Shown one piece after another: positions 45,736-55,861 of a stretch of DNA of 64,000 nucleotides. Numbering within the stretch: position 1 is the first letter of the stretch; every line of letters begins with the position of its first letter. The stretch comes from Escherichia phage ECP2303. The notes under the pieces were generated by a model. The model saw nothing but the letters and a program-made list of their open reading frames with translations, did no database searches and was not told where the DNA came from. The translations under genes and the position numbers were made by a program. The DNA lies in the sequence record PP261279.1. One strand, written 5' to 3'.

Positions 45736-46349
45736 TGGATATTATTGTTCTTAATGCCCCACCAAGTTCTGGAAAAGACCATATCGCAGATCTTTTGTTG
45801 GAAGCTATTCCAAACTCGCATCACCGCGAGGTAAAGGAAATGCTATTCAGCGTGGCAATTAAGGCAGCAGGTATTTCACCACAGTTGTGGAATGCATTCT
45901 ATGATCGCCGCTATAAAGAAGAGCCGTGCCCGTTCTTGATGATCGATGGCAAGCACGTTTCTCCTCGTGAGTGGATGATCCATTGTAGCGAGGCCCTGAT
46001 TAAACCTGTATTCGGCAGTGATGCCTTCGGAAAGGCCAGTGTTGCTTCTCTGGAGAAAGATTTCCCAGAAGGTAAAGGGGTTGTTGTTTACTCCGATGGT
46101 GGCTTCAAAGAGGAGCTGGCATGCCTTAGCGAGTACGCATACAGCACAGGTGGAGATCTGTTGTTGTTCCGTATTCACCGGGCCGGATATGACTGGGGAA
46201 ATGATTCCAGAACCTATCTAAGTCTGGAAAAGAACGGAATAAAAGGAATTGAGTTCGATGTTGTAAACCCTGAAGGTGCACCTTGGGAATGTGCATCGGA
46301 GATTGTGTGCAAGTATATTGATGCTAAAGAGGCCCAAGAAGAATGTTAA
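45735..46349 (+). CDS. P-loop kinase, dNMP kinase-like (T4 gp1-like)
   Basis: N-terminal Walker A LNAPPSSGKD comparable to T4 gp1 LSGVKRSGKD; 204 aa. Confidence 0.5.
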   Translation: MDIIVLNAPPSSGKDHIADLLLEAIPNSHHREVKEMLFSVAIKAAGISPQLWNAFYDRRYKEEPCPFLMIDGKHVSPREWMIHCSEALIKPVFGSDAFGKASVASLEKDFPEGKGVVVYSDGGFKEELACLSEYAYSTGGDLLLFRIHRAGYDWGNDSRTYLSLEKNGIKGIEFDVVNPEGAPWECASEIVCKYIDAKEAQEEC

Positions 46350-46936
46350 TCGGAATTGATGTAGATTTGACACTGGTAGATTCAGGAACAGCATGGTGGG
46401 AGTGGTTGGAGCGTTTGTATGGTCCAGCCAGTAAGACAGTTGCTAAACCTTCTAACGGACTGATGTATTACGATCTGTCAAAGTATTGGCCTGATCGCCC
46501 CAAAGAAAACATCATAGGGCCTTTTGATTTCTGGAGTGATCCGTTCCTCTACGACTTTCTTAAGCCTGAAGAGGGGGCTATTGAGGTTATGAAAGATTTG
46601 GTGGCTCGTGGTCACAAGCTTGCATTTATCTCGGTATGCAAGAAAGGTCACCTTGCATCTAAATCAAGGTTCTTAAAGCGTTGGACCAGTGATTTTATGG
46701 ATCTGGACGATCACACCCAGGGCCACGGCTTCTACGCCACACATTTCAAAGGTAATGTGGCTGTAGATGTTATAATTGACGACAGGCATGAATACCTGAA
46801 CCAATTCGCTTCACGCCCTGAAGTTATTAAAATCTTAAAAGACACTCCTTATGAGCAATTCGAGGAGTTGAAGGTCAGTGTTGACTATACCACCAATAGT
46901 TGGTATAAAATAGGAAAGTTTTTAGAAGGTATTTGA
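46343..46936 (+). CDS. HAD-superfamily phosphatase (putative 5'-deoxynucleotidase)
   Basis: Motif I GIDVDLTLVDS (DxDxT) and C-terminal IIDDR. Confidence 0.6.
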   Translation: MLIGIDVDLTLVDSGTAWWEWLERLYGPASKTVAKPSNGLMYYDLSKYWPDRPKENIIGPFDFWSDPFLYDFLKPEEGAIEVMKDLVARGHKLAFISVCKKGHLASKSRFLKRWTSDFMDLDDHTQGHGFYATHFKGNVAVDVIIDDRHEYLNQFASRPEVIKILKDTPYEQFEELKVSVDYTTNSWYKIGKFLEGI

Positions 46937-46937
46937 A

Positions 46938-47138
46938 ATGGGCAGATGTTCTAAAGGTGGCGATCCTGTAGTCAGATACGGTGACTGGCTAGAGGTATAT
47001 GATCTTGGAGGTAAGCTAGTGTATGCCTCCAGGATCACCCAAGACATGTGCTCTGATATGTTTAACAGATACCTTGCATTTAAGGCCAACATAAACCCAG
47101 ACGAAATTTCCAAAATTAAAACAAGGAGAGCTAAATAA
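46938..47138 (+). CDS. hypothetical protein
   Basis: 66-aa ORF. Confidence 0.3.
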   Translation: MGRCSKGGDPVVRYGDWLEVYDLGGKLVYASRITQDMCSDMFNRYLAFKANINPDEISKIKTRRAK

Positions 47139-48121
47139 TGCTAAAACTGTGCACTGCAAAGATTATTGCCGACAGTATTTCCGAGAAAGGTAAGCGTATC
47201 ACCACTTTTGAGCTAGAGTATCCTCGAATTATTCACTCAGAGCTTATGACACATCGAGTGTTCAGCCGAAACGCCATGTCTTCTCGTGCAGTTCCTGTCG
47301 GTAAGATGCTGCAGCAGATCGTGGAGAATCCGGCAATGCCAGTTCGCTTCGGTGTAAATAAGCGAGGGATGGAAGATGGTGGGGAACACGATCAAAAGAT
47401 CCGTGTAGAGTATACCGACATGGAGTTAACTCCTGAAGAGTTTTGGAAAGAAGCTGCAAAAAACGCCGCGTGGCATGCAGAGAAGTTCGCCCTTGCTGGT
47501 TACCATAAGCAGGTATGTAATCGCTTAGTGGAGCCGTTTCAGCGCATGAAAACAGTTGTAACAAGCACCGAGTGGAATAATTTTTTCCACCTGCGTTGCT
47601 GGCACGATGCTGATCCTACGATTCAGATGCTGGCTAATTGTATGTGGGATGCTCTTATGAATAGCACTCCTGAAACCCTTAAACCGGGTCAATGGCACAC
47701 CCCATATGTAGAGCACGTTTATTTGGACGGTGAGTTTAACTACGCTGTACGTGACACAGAAGGGAAGCTATGCATTCTCGATACTAAAGAAGCCCTATCT
47801 ATTAGTGCTAGTTGCTGTGCACAAGTATCTTATCGAAATATTGACAGCACGTTTGAAAAGGCAGACAGTGTGGCTAAAAAATTGATTGGCGGGGATCGTA
47901 TTCATGCAAGCCCTTACGAGCACCAGGCAACACCTATGGATCACGATAACGCAATGGAACGTTTAAACTACTACCTGTCTTCATGTGAAATCACACAGGA
48001 CAGCTGTGTTTGGCAGGAAGGTGTAACCCATCAAGACCGTGATGGTAAATTCTGGTCTGCCAACTTTTGTGGGTGGGTTCAGCACAGACAGCTGCTTAAT
48101 AACCACTTCATGAAAGGTTAA
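47138..48121 (+). CDS. thyX: flavin-dependent thymidylate synthase (ThyX-like)
   Basis: ELMTHRVFSRNAMSSRA resembles the ThyX RHR-x7-S signature; 327 aa. Confidence 0.65.
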   Translation: MLKLCTAKIIADSISEKGKRITTFELEYPRIIHSELMTHRVFSRNAMSSRAVPVGKMLQQIVENPAMPVRFGVNKRGMEDGGEHDQKIRVEYTDMELTPEEFWKEAAKNAAWHAEKFALAGYHKQVCNRLVEPFQRMKTVVTSTEWNNFFHLRCWHDADPTIQMLANCMWDALMNSTPETLKPGQWHTPYVEHVYLDGEFNYAVRDTEGKLCILDTKEALSISASCCAQVSYRNIDSTFEKADSVAKKLIGGDRIHASPYEHQATPMDHDNAMERLNYYLSSCEITQDSCVWQEGVTHQDRDGKFWSANFCGWVQHRQLLNNHFMKG

Positions 48122-48150
48122 TCCTATCACAGCGATAGGTAACTTTTGTG

Positions 48151-48179
48151 TTGACTAATAGTATTAGATAATCTATAAT
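48151..48179 (+). promoter_or_regulatory. sigma70-type promoter
   Basis: TTGACT, 17-nt spacer, TATAAT; preceded by hairpin CCTATC-acagc-GATAGG at the thyX stop. Confidence 0.5.
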
Positions 48180-48219
48180 AATGGCTCACTTTGTTGGTGA
48201 GCCAGAAATGGAGACAGAT

Positions 48220-48681
48220 ATGAGTAATGTTATGATTCCTAAAAAGACATTTATTTCAGTTACTTTAGATTTCCTATCTACTGTTCCCGGATTTAACGTT
48301 CGCACACGAAACGGTCTCCGAGCTGCACTCTTTGCTGTAGGGTTTGATTTAAAAAATATTGATGTTCTTCGTGGAAAAAACGTTCGATGCAAAAATAAGC
48401 CAACACATTATAGAAAGGCAGATGTATTTGCTGGTGTCATGCGTGCAGACTTTAGATACCCGCAAATGTATAACGGTGTAGATATTTTAGATGTAGATAA
48501 AGCACCCGATGAGGCAATGCTTGTTCAAGATCTTCCCTATGATATCCCTGTAGAAGATCGTGTTAATGTAAGAAAGTATACAAAACAATCTGAAAAGGCT
48601 GAAGATATTCATATTGTTGATGAACCTTTCAATTTTGAAGATCTGCATCGCCTGGAAAAATTATTCGGTATTGAAAGCTAA
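48220..48681 (+). CDS. hypothetical protein
   Basis: Start assigned to ATG 48220 (GGAG RBS 6 nt upstream); the track start 48181 lies within 2 nt of the -10 hexamer. Confidence 0.4.
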   Translation: MSNVMIPKKTFISVTLDFLSTVPGFNVRTRNGLRAALFAVGFDLKNIDVLRGKNVRCKNKPTHYRKADVFAGVMRADFRYPQMYNGVDILDVDKAPDEAMLVQDLPYDIPVEDRVNVRKYTKQSEKAEDIHIVDEPFNFEDLHRLEKLFGIES

Positions 48682-48691
48682 GGTGGTGAAG

Positions 48692-48922
48692 ATGAGTCAT
48701 AACTCCAAGTGGAAGGATCTTGGTTTTGCAAGTCGGGCAGAATATGTTGGTTGGCTTTGGTTCAACGGTCTGACAAACGATATTAAAATGTATGATGATG
48801 TTTACTATGACGAGTATACAGGTAAAATTATAAATATCTCTGTAGAAGAGGATACCTTTGTCCAGCAAGATACTGATACCTGCCTTGATAAATACGTTGA
48901 TGAAGTGGAGGAAGCAAATTGA
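48692..48922 (+). CDS. hypothetical protein
   Basis: Start at ATG 48692 with AAGGTGGTG RBS; 76 aa. Confidence 0.4.
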   Translation: MSHNSKWKDLGFASRAEYVGWLWFNGLTNDIKMYDDVYYDEYTGKIINISVEEDTFVQQDTDTCLDKYVDEVEEAN

Positions 48923-51234
48923 TCACCAAGGTAATTAAAAGCAACGGATGTGAAGTGGCATTCGATCCAGAACGTTTAAATAAGGCGGCTATTTTCGGTG
49001 ACGACGGTAACGGCAATTGGTCACATATTGCACTGGATGCATACAAGCGGCTGTATGATGGATGTACAACCAAAGAAGTTAACCAAGCTATTATAGACTC
49101 TTGTGTTAGCCGTAAAGACGAAGCACATTCCCGTATGGCTGGTCGTGTTCTTATTGGTCAGATTTATAAAGAGGCTTTTGGAGGGTTTACAAAGATCCCT
49201 TCCTTACCATCATTTTACAATACCATGGTTGAGAAAGGGTATTGGGAGGATATGGGTTATAGCTTTACCGAGCTAAACACTTTAGACGCTGTTATTGACC
49301 ACAGTAAAGATCTCGGTTATGGCTATGCAGTCCTTAAACAGTTTCGAGACAAATACGGGATCAAGGATACTCTTAAAGACACCCTGTTCGAATCTCCACA
49401 GATGATGTTTATGGGGATAGCGATGGCTGTCATGAAAAATATGCCGAAAGAACGCCGTATTGACGATGTTGTAAAATTATACACTTATCTGTCAGACTTA
49501 AAGATCAATGCCCCGACACCGTACTTAAACGGTCTACGCACAGGTAAGACAGGGTATGCATCTTGTTGTGTAATAAAAGCTGACGATACAGCAAAATCTA
49601 TTGGTGTGGCACGTGAAGTTGCGTACACAATGACGGTTAACCAAGCAGGTATCGGCTACTATTTATCATCAAGATCTGCAGGCGATGGTGTTCGTGGTAA
49701 CACTATTAAACATATGGGTAAGATTCCATATTATCGAGGTATTGATGCTGGGGTTAAGGAGAACAGACAACAATCACGTGGCGGTTCTGCAACAGTATCA
49801 TTCCTTGCACTGGACCCGCAGATTGATGAGCTAATCCGTTTGAGAAACCCTATGACTGTTGCTTCAAAAAGAATCAACACCATGGACTACTCCATCGGTA
49901 TTAATAGGTCGTTTATCAACCGTGTGGCTAAGAATTTAGATTGGATGCTTGTTTCTTATAAGCACGCTCCTCAACTGCATGAGGGTATCTTCACCATGTC
50001 TATGGAGGAGTTTGATGCAGAGGTTGAGCGTATTGCTAAAGATGACAGTATTCCTAAAACATGGATCCGAGCCAGAGATCTTGCTGTTGAACTGATCACG
50101 CAGCGTACTGAGGTGGGAAGGCTGTATGTATACTGGACAGATGAGATGAATAGACATACACCTTTTAAAGATGTGATCTATTCAAGTAACCTGTGTGCAG
50201 AAATAGCCCTCCCGACAAAAGGCTATTCAGATATGCGTAATATCTTCAAGTACGATGCTGATGATGGAGAGGTTGCATTGTGCTTCCTGTCATCTCTTGT
50301 AGCTGGAAGGGTTACTCCAGAGGAGTATGAGGATGTTGCATACTACACGGTGCTTATGATTGACAATGTTATGGAAATCATGACATATCCGTATGAAAAT
50401 ATGGAAAGCACAGTTAAAAAACGCAGATCCATCGGGGTTGGCCTTACCAATGTTGCACATTTTATTGCCAGCCACAAGGTTACTTACGGATCTCCTGAAA
50501 GTAAACAGCTCGTTCACGATCTTGCAGAACTTCACAGCTACAGCTTGCATAAGGCAAGTTTACGGTTGGCAAAAGAGCGTGGTGTCTGCGAGTGGATGCA
50601 TAAAACAAAATATCCAGAAGGTTGGTTACCAATCGACACCTATAACAAAGAGGTCGATAGCGTGGTGAAAGATCCTTCTCTTAAACAGGATTGGGAAGGG
50701 TTACGTAAAGAAATCATTGAAAATGGTGGGCTACGTAATAGCGTTCTTGAAGCATATATGCCTAATGAAAGCTCTTCGCTGGCAACAAACACCACTAACG
50801 GGGTTTATCCTGTCCGTGAGCACATTATCTTTAAAAAGTCGCCACAAGGGCAGGTGCTGTTTATCGTTCCTGACTATGATGAGTTGAAAGAGTATTACAC
50901 TTCGGCTTGGGACGTTGATACTAACGACATGATCGATATGTATGCTGTGATTCAAAAATTCACAGGTCAGGCAATCAGCGCGGATTTATACATAGACTAC
51001 ACCAAGTTGAAAGATGGTAAAATTTCAATGAAGGAGCAGCTAGGGTACCTTATCCGTGCCACTAAATTCGGGATGAAGACATGGTATTATTTAAACTCTA
51101 GGGTTGGTGCTGGTGACTCCTTGGCAGAGGAACTTCATGCCAAGAAACAGGCTGAAGATGAAACCAGAAAGAATTATCCTTTGATTGCAGATAGTTCAGT
51201 TGAAGATCCGTATTGCGAAAGTTGTGCACTATAA
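48919..51234 (+). CDS. nrdA: ribonucleotide reductase class I alpha subunit
   Basis: N-terminal ATP-cone, SNLCAEIALPT active-site region; TTG start with GGAGGA RBS; 771 aa. Confidence 0.9.
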   Translation: MITKVIKSNGCEVAFDPERLNKAAIFGDDGNGNWSHIALDAYKRLYDGCTTKEVNQAIIDSCVSRKDEAHSRMAGRVLIGQIYKEAFGGFTKIPSLPSFYNTMVEKGYWEDMGYSFTELNTLDAVIDHSKDLGYGYAVLKQFRDKYGIKDTLKDTLFESPQMMFMGIAMAVMKNMPKERRIDDVVKLYTYLSDLKINAPTPYLNGLRTGKTGYASCCVIKADDTAKSIGVAREVAYTMTVNQAGIGYYLSSRSAGDGVRGNTIKHMGKIPYYRGIDAGVKENRQQSRGGSATVSFLALDPQIDELIRLRNPMTVASKRINTMDYSIGINRSFINRVAKNLDWMLVSYKHAPQLHEGIFTMSMEEFDAEVERIAKDDSIPKTWIRARDLAVELITQRTEVGRLYVYWTDEMNRHTPFKDVIYSSNLCAEIALPTKGYSDMRNIFKYDADDGEVALCFLSSLVAGRVTPEEYEDVAYYTVLMIDNVMEIMTYPYENMESTVKKRRSIGVGLTNVAHFIASHKVTYGSPESKQLVHDLAELHSYSLHKASLRLAKERGVCEWMHKTKYPEGWLPIDTYNKEVDSVVKDPSLKQDWEGLRKEIIENGGLRNSVLEAYMPNESSSLATNTTNGVYPVREHIIFKKSPQGQVLFIVPDYDELKEYYTSAWDVDTNDMIDMYAVIQKFTGQAISADLYIDYTKLKDGKISMKEQLGYLIRATKFGMKTWYYLNSRVGAGDSLAEELHAKKQAEDETRKNYPLIADSSVEDPYCESCAL

Positions 51235-51241
51235 TTTTAAA

Positions 51242-51260
51242 GGGGCTTCGGCCCCATTTT
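51242..51260 (+). terminator. Rho-independent terminator
   Basis: GGGGC-uucg-GCCCC followed by ATTTT. Confidence 0.65.
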
Positions 51261-51273
51261 AGAGGTTAGAATA

Positions 51274-52362
51274 ATGGCTGTATTTAATGCTGAGAACACC
51301 GCTCATAAAACTGGTGATTATCCGCTGTTTCTAGGACAGCAGATGGGGATGTACGACTCTATTAACAAAAAGTACCCACAACTGTTTGAACTATATAAAA
51401 AACAAAAAGAACAGGATTGGGCAGAGGACGAAGTAGATTTGTCACAGTCTATTTCGGATTTCGTAACATGCTCAAAGTCAACTTACGATGTGATGGTGCA
51501 GACACTGATGTGGCAATGGGAGGCAGACAGTGTTGCAGCAAGATCTATCATTTGCCTGTTTTCACCATTTATCACCAATAGTGAGCTTTTCACCTTGTTG
51601 ATGAAGCAGTCTGAGATTGAGGTTCTTCATGCACTAACTTACTCAGAGATTGTTAGACAATGCCTTCCTAATGCTCGTGAGATTATAGAAGAGATCCAGG
51701 AAAACCAGAACGTGCTGAGCAGATCTGGAGTTATTGTCAAATATATGCAAGAGCTTGAGGTTATTGGTGCAAAATACCGACTGGATACTTCCAGTGTTGA
51801 AGAAGATGTTGTACGGAAATGTATCCTTAGAGCACTTTTTGCACTTTTAGCTTTAGAAAGTATTGAGTTTATTGCAAGTTTTGCATGTACGTTCGCAGTA
51901 GCTGAGCAAGGTATTTTTGTTCAAGTGGCACAACTTGTTCAAAAAATTATGCTTGATGAAATGCTGCATTCGAAAGGTGATTTTGCTATCATCGATATCC
52001 TGCTTGATGATCCTGCATGGGAGCAAAGCTTCCTTGAGATTAAGGGTGAGTTAAAAGAAATTCTTGACGAAGTGCGGACCAAGGAGTACGGTTGGAGTGA
52101 CTATATTTTCAGCGAAGGAAGAGCGATTATAGGTCTTAATTCACCGTTGCTTAAAGAATGGGTTGACTATAACTGCTCACCGATTTATGATTATTACGAC
52201 ATCGACAAAGACTTTGTGCCGCCAACAAAAGACCCGCTACCGTTTATGCAGGTGTGGATGAAACCTTCACTGCAACAGACGGCTAACCAGGAAATGTCTA
52301 ACACCGACTACCGCGTCAACACAACCGTTAACGACGCTGAAGAAGAAATTTGGGAGTTTTAA
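51274..52362 (+). CDS. nrdB: ribonucleotide reductase class I beta subunit
   Basis: Di-iron ligand pattern (EVLHALTYSE, ESIEFIASFACTF, DEMLHS); 362 aa. Confidence 0.85.
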   Translation: MAVFNAENTAHKTGDYPLFLGQQMGMYDSINKKYPQLFELYKKQKEQDWAEDEVDLSQSISDFVTCSKSTYDVMVQTLMWQWEADSVAARSIICLFSPFITNSELFTLLMKQSEIEVLHALTYSEIVRQCLPNAREIIEEIQENQNVLSRSGVIVKYMQELEVIGAKYRLDTSSVEEDVVRKCILRALFALLALESIEFIASFACTFAVAEQGIFVQVAQLVQKIMLDEMLHSKGDFAIIDILLDDPAWEQSFLEIKGELKEILDEVRTKEYGWSDYIFSEGRAIIGLNSPLLKEWVDYNCSPIYDYYDIDKDFVPPTKDPLPFMQVWMKPSLQQTANQEMSNTDYRVNTTVNDAEEEIWEF

Positions 52363-52365
52363 TAT

Positions 52366-52644
52366 ATGAGCTGCGAAAAATCTTTTTTCATCATCATTTA
52401 CGGCAAGGATAACTGCCCACATTGTGTAAGAGCAAAAGAATTTGCAGTCAGCAAAGGCATACCTTTCGTATACAAGACGCTAGGTGAGGGATACACAAAA
52501 GAAGAGCTTATCGAGAAGTGTAGCCCATTTGTTCCCAGAACGTTGCCTCAGATCTTCTTGGAAAGCAACCTTGACAGTATCCACATAGGTGGTGCTGACG
52601 ATTTCATCTCTTTTGTTAAGAATGGTTTTGGAGAGAAAAAGTGA
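52366..52644 (+). CDS. glutaredoxin-like protein
   Basis: CPHC active site (KDNCPHCVRAKEF); 92 aa between nrdB and nrdD. Confidence 0.7.
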   Translation: MSCEKSFFIIIYGKDNCPHCVRAKEFAVSKGIPFVYKTLGEGYTKEELIEKCSPFVPRTLPQIFLESNLDSIHIGGADDFISFVKNGFGEKK

Positions 52645-54761
52645 AAGTTGTAAAACGGGACGGTAGAGAAGAGTTTTATAACGGAATTAAGGTGATCAAG
52701 GCGGCAGAGTCCGCCTTACTTGAGTCTGGACATACTGAAGAAGAAGCTTACCGGATTGCCTGTGCGGTTAATGAAGTTGTTGCCAACAATCTGCCAACCG
52801 ACCAGTGCACGATCTCTGTAAAAAATATCCATATCCTTGTTGAAGATGCTCTTATGGATATGGGTTTAAAATGTGCAGCCAGAGAATACATCCAGTATAG
52901 ACAGACAAGAGATAATAACAGAGAGGCAGGTGGAAAACTGCTTGCAGATATTAGTGGCTTCTTGGATCGTACTTGTGATGAATTTACAAAAGAAAACGCA
53001 AATAAGCCTACTAATCATGTACACACTCATCGTGACCTGCTTGCAGGTATCCTTAGCAAACACCTTGCATCAACACAGATCCTGCCAGATCGTGTCTCAG
53101 AAGAGCACAACAAGGGCTTCATCCATGTGCATGATCTTGACTACTTGATCAGCCCGTTAACAAACTGTTGTTTGGTGAATTATCCGGATATGCTGGAAAA
53201 CGGATTCAACATTGGCAACGCCCATGTCAGTAAGCCGAAGTCAATAGGGGTTGCAACAACAATCCTTAGCCAAATCTCTAGTGCAGTAGCTAGTGCTCAA
53301 TATGGCGGTCAGACCATGAGCCATATTGATCATTATCTGGCACAGTATGCTGAAGCAACCTATGAGAAGAACCTTAAATTTTGTCAGGAACATTGGTTGC
53401 CAGATGCTGAGACTGTTGCAATGCAAATGACAGATAAAGACGTGTTTGATAGTATGCAAACTTTGCTCTACCAAATCAATACGTTAACTTCTGTCAACGG
53501 GCAAACTCCATTCATCACACTAAGTTTAGGGCTGGATACCTCGGTCTTTGGTAGAATGATTACCAAAAACTACTTGAAAGTTCACAAAATGGGTCTCGGT
53601 GAAGAACGGATCACACCTGTGTTCCCTAAAGTGCTGTTCTTCTTAGAGGAGGGTGTCAACATGAACCCTGGGGATCCTAACTATGATTTGAAACGATTGG
53701 CATTAGAATGCTCTGCAGAGCGGATTTATCCTGACTTTGTTTCTGTTCCGCTAAATCGTAAAGTGACAGGTTCAACAGACGGCAAAGTAACAAGCATGGG
53801 ATGTAGGTCGTTCCTTGGAAAATACGTTACACCGGAGGGTGATGAAAAATACCTTGGCAGATTCAACTTGGGTGTTGTTAGCCTTAACCTACCAATGATT
53901 GCGGCAAAAGCTAAGACGGAAGGTATTGATTTCTTTGCAGTTCTTGACGAATACTTGGATCTTGCATACGAGGCTCACCTTGTAAGGGTTAACCGTCTAA
54001 AAGGAACAAAGGCAGGGCAGAACCCTATCATGTGGTGTGAAGGAGCTCTTGCTCGCCTGGATCCTGAAGAGAGTATCGATAAACTCTTCTATGACGGGTA
54101 CGCTTCCATCAGTATTGGGTATATTGGTGTGTATGAAACCTGTCAGATTTTGGGTAGAGAGGGTGACAAGGCTTTAGCTCTTGAAATCCTTCAGCACATG
54201 AGAGATGCTTGTGAGCGATACAAGAAGGAAAGTAGACTAGCATTTAGCTTGTACGGCACTCCTTCTGAGAGTCTATGCTATAAAGCTGCAACCTGTCTGG
54301 ATCGTGAATATCCGGAAGTGTTGAAGCACGAGCATGAATATCTCACCAACAGTTTCCATCAGCCAGTATGGATAAATAGCTCCCCTTTTGATAAGTGGGA
54401 GTATGAGGAAGGTTTTGCTATGATCTCCTCCGGTGGCAACATCGGATACGTAGAGACACCTAACCTGAAAAACAACCTGGATGCTTTAGAGGCTCTTGTT
54501 GACTTCGGGTATAAACATATTATGTATTTTGGTATTAACCAACCTGTGGATAAATGTCTCAAGTGTGGTTTCTCTGGTGAGTTCAGTGCAACAGCTAAAG
54601 GCTTTGTATGCCCAGAGTGTGGAAACCATGAAGAGGGAACGATCAGTGTAATTCGACGTGTGTCTGGATACCTTTCCAGTCCTAACTCCCGTCCTTACAA
54701 TAAAGGTAAGCAAGCGGAAGTTATCGAGCGAGTTAAGCACTATGGAAGTTGTAGTTGCTGA
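52641..54761 (+). CDS. nrdD: anaerobic ribonucleotide reductase (class III)
   Basis: C-terminal CLKCGFSGE...CPECG zinc site and glycyl-radical motif RVSGYL; 706 aa. Confidence 0.9.
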   Translation: MKVVKRDGREEFYNGIKVIKAAESALLESGHTEEEAYRIACAVNEVVANNLPTDQCTISVKNIHILVEDALMDMGLKCAAREYIQYRQTRDNNREAGGKLLADISGFLDRTCDEFTKENANKPTNHVHTHRDLLAGILSKHLASTQILPDRVSEEHNKGFIHVHDLDYLISPLTNCCLVNYPDMLENGFNIGNAHVSKPKSIGVATTILSQISSAVASAQYGGQTMSHIDHYLAQYAEATYEKNLKFCQEHWLPDAETVAMQMTDKDVFDSMQTLLYQINTLTSVNGQTPFITLSLGLDTSVFGRMITKNYLKVHKMGLGEERITPVFPKVLFFLEEGVNMNPGDPNYDLKRLALECSAERIYPDFVSVPLNRKVTGSTDGKVTSMGCRSFLGKYVTPEGDEKYLGRFNLGVVSLNLPMIAAKAKTEGIDFFAVLDEYLDLAYEAHLVRVNRLKGTKAGQNPIMWCEGALARLDPEESIDKLFYDGYASISIGYIGVYETCQILGREGDKALALEILQHMRDACERYKKESRLAFSLYGTPSESLCYKAATCLDREYPEVLKHEHEYLTNSFHQPVWINSSPFDKWEYEEGFAMISSGGNIGYVETPNLKNNLDALEALVDFGYKHIMYFGINQPVDKCLKCGFSGEFSATAKGFVCPECGNHEEGTISVIRRVSGYLSSPNSRPYNKGKQAEVIERVKHYGSCSC

Positions 54762-54764
54762 TAC

Positions 54765-54794
54765 TTGACAAAAGCCACAAGGATGTGGCATATT
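54765..54794 (+). promoter_or_regulatory. sigma70-type promoter with palindrome in the spacer
   Basis: TTGACA, 18-nt spacer containing CCACAAGGATGTGG, then CATATT. Confidence 0.35.
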
Positions 54795-54824
54795 ATTGGC
54801 ACACAGTGAGCTAGGAGGTACAGT

Positions 54825-54941
54825 ATGTCTAAAGGTATTTATAAAATTTGCAAGTGTGGTTGTCGTTGTAATCTTCGGTGGTGCAAGGCATTAGACGATT
54901 TTATTTGGCATTGCCCTAAATGCGATGCGGAGTACTTATAA
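54825..54941 (+). CDS. small Cys-rich zinc-ribbon protein (38 aa)
   Basis: ATG with strong RBS TAGGAGGT; CKCGCRC...CPKCD pattern; below the ORF-track size cutoff. Confidence 0.4.
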   Translation: MSKGIYKICKCGCRCNLRWCKALDDFIWHCPKCDAEYL

Positions 54942-55092
54942 GCATAAGGGGTCGAAATGCGGAAATCTATCAAGAAAATCAAGATAAAATTGTTAGCACT
55001 GAAGCGTAAGTATAAAAAGTTATACGGCTTCATCAAATGGACTTTTATAGGTTTATCTTGAATAGAAGCACACCACAGAAGAGAGGTTCCTT

Positions 55093-55329
55093 ATGATAGG
55101 TGTCTGTGTAAAAGCTAACAGATGGTTTACATTCGGTAAGGATTACGAAATTATCTTTCATTCGGACAGAGCCACAACAGTAGAAAGCGATGATGGGTGC
55201 CACTGGTTCGTTAGTTACCATGGTGATGGGTATTATAGATCTACTGATTCCAGAGGGGAAGAAGCTGTTTTCTTGGATAGAGCTTATTGTGGGCCTGAAT
55301 ATCCTTACCTAAAAGAGGATAAGGAATGA
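55093..55329 (+). CDS. hypothetical protein
   Basis: 78-aa ORF with AGAGAGG RBS, coupled to nrdG. Confidence 0.4.
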   Translation: MIGVCVKANRWFTFGKDYEIIFHSDRATTVESDDGCHWFVSYHGDGYYRSTDSRGEEAVFLDRAYCGPEYPYLKEDKE

Positions 55330-55799
55330 ATGTTGTTAATATTATAGAGTGTAGCATGGTTGACGGCCCAGGCATTAGGACAACGGTGTTCTGTTCTGGT
55401 TGCCCACATCACTGCGTCGGTTGCCAAAACAAAAGTGTTTGGTCGCCAGCTAAAGGGGAACCGTTAACAAATGACACTATTGAGAGTATACTTCACTCTA
55501 TAGAGCCGAAACACATTACTGGCGTTACATTATGCGGTGGCGAACCTTTAGCGCCTTACAATATTGAGGGTATGTACTCGATCATTCGCGCTATCCGTGA
55601 ACACTTCGGCAACACAAAAACTATCTGGGTGTACACAGGGTATTTGTTTGAAGAGGTTCCCGATTACATTAAAGATAGTGTCGATTACATTATGGATGGT
55701 AAGTACGAAAAAGATAACCCAACCAAAAAACCCTTCAGAGGTAGTGATAACCAAAGAATGTTTAAAAAGGTAGCAGGTGGTTGGGTTCAGGTTGACTAA
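55326..55799 (+). CDS. nrdG: anaerobic ribonucleotide reductase activating protein (radical SAM)
   Basis: CSGCPHHCVGC cluster and GGEPL motif; 157 aa. Confidence 0.85.
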   Translation: MNVVNIIECSMVDGPGIRTTVFCSGCPHHCVGCQNKSVWSPAKGEPLTNDTIESILHSIEPKHITGVTLCGGEPLAPYNIEGMYSIIRAIREHFGNTKTIWVYTGYLFEEVPDYIKDSVDYIMDGKYEKDNPTKKPFRGSDNQRMFKKVAGGWVQVD

Positions 55800-55802
55800 T
55801 TG

Positions 55803-55832
55803 TTGACAAAGTTTTGTTAAGTTGGTTATAAT
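55803..55832 (+). promoter_or_regulatory. consensus sigma70 promoter
   Basis: TTGACA, 18-nt spacer, TATAAT. Confidence 0.55.
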
Positions 55833-55861
55833 TAGCGTAATGAAAGCAGAGGAGGTGCCAA

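Noticed and set aside
47138-48121. ThyA-type thymidylate synthase or dCMP/dUMP hydroxymethylase.
   Set aside because: No ThyA active-site pattern was seen; the HR-x7-S(S)R segment fits the flavin-dependent ThyX family better.
48181-48219. ATG at 48181 as start of the following gene.
   Set aside because: It is 2 nt after the TATAAT -10 element, upstream of the predicted transcription start; the downstream ATG at 48220 with GGAG RBS is preferred.
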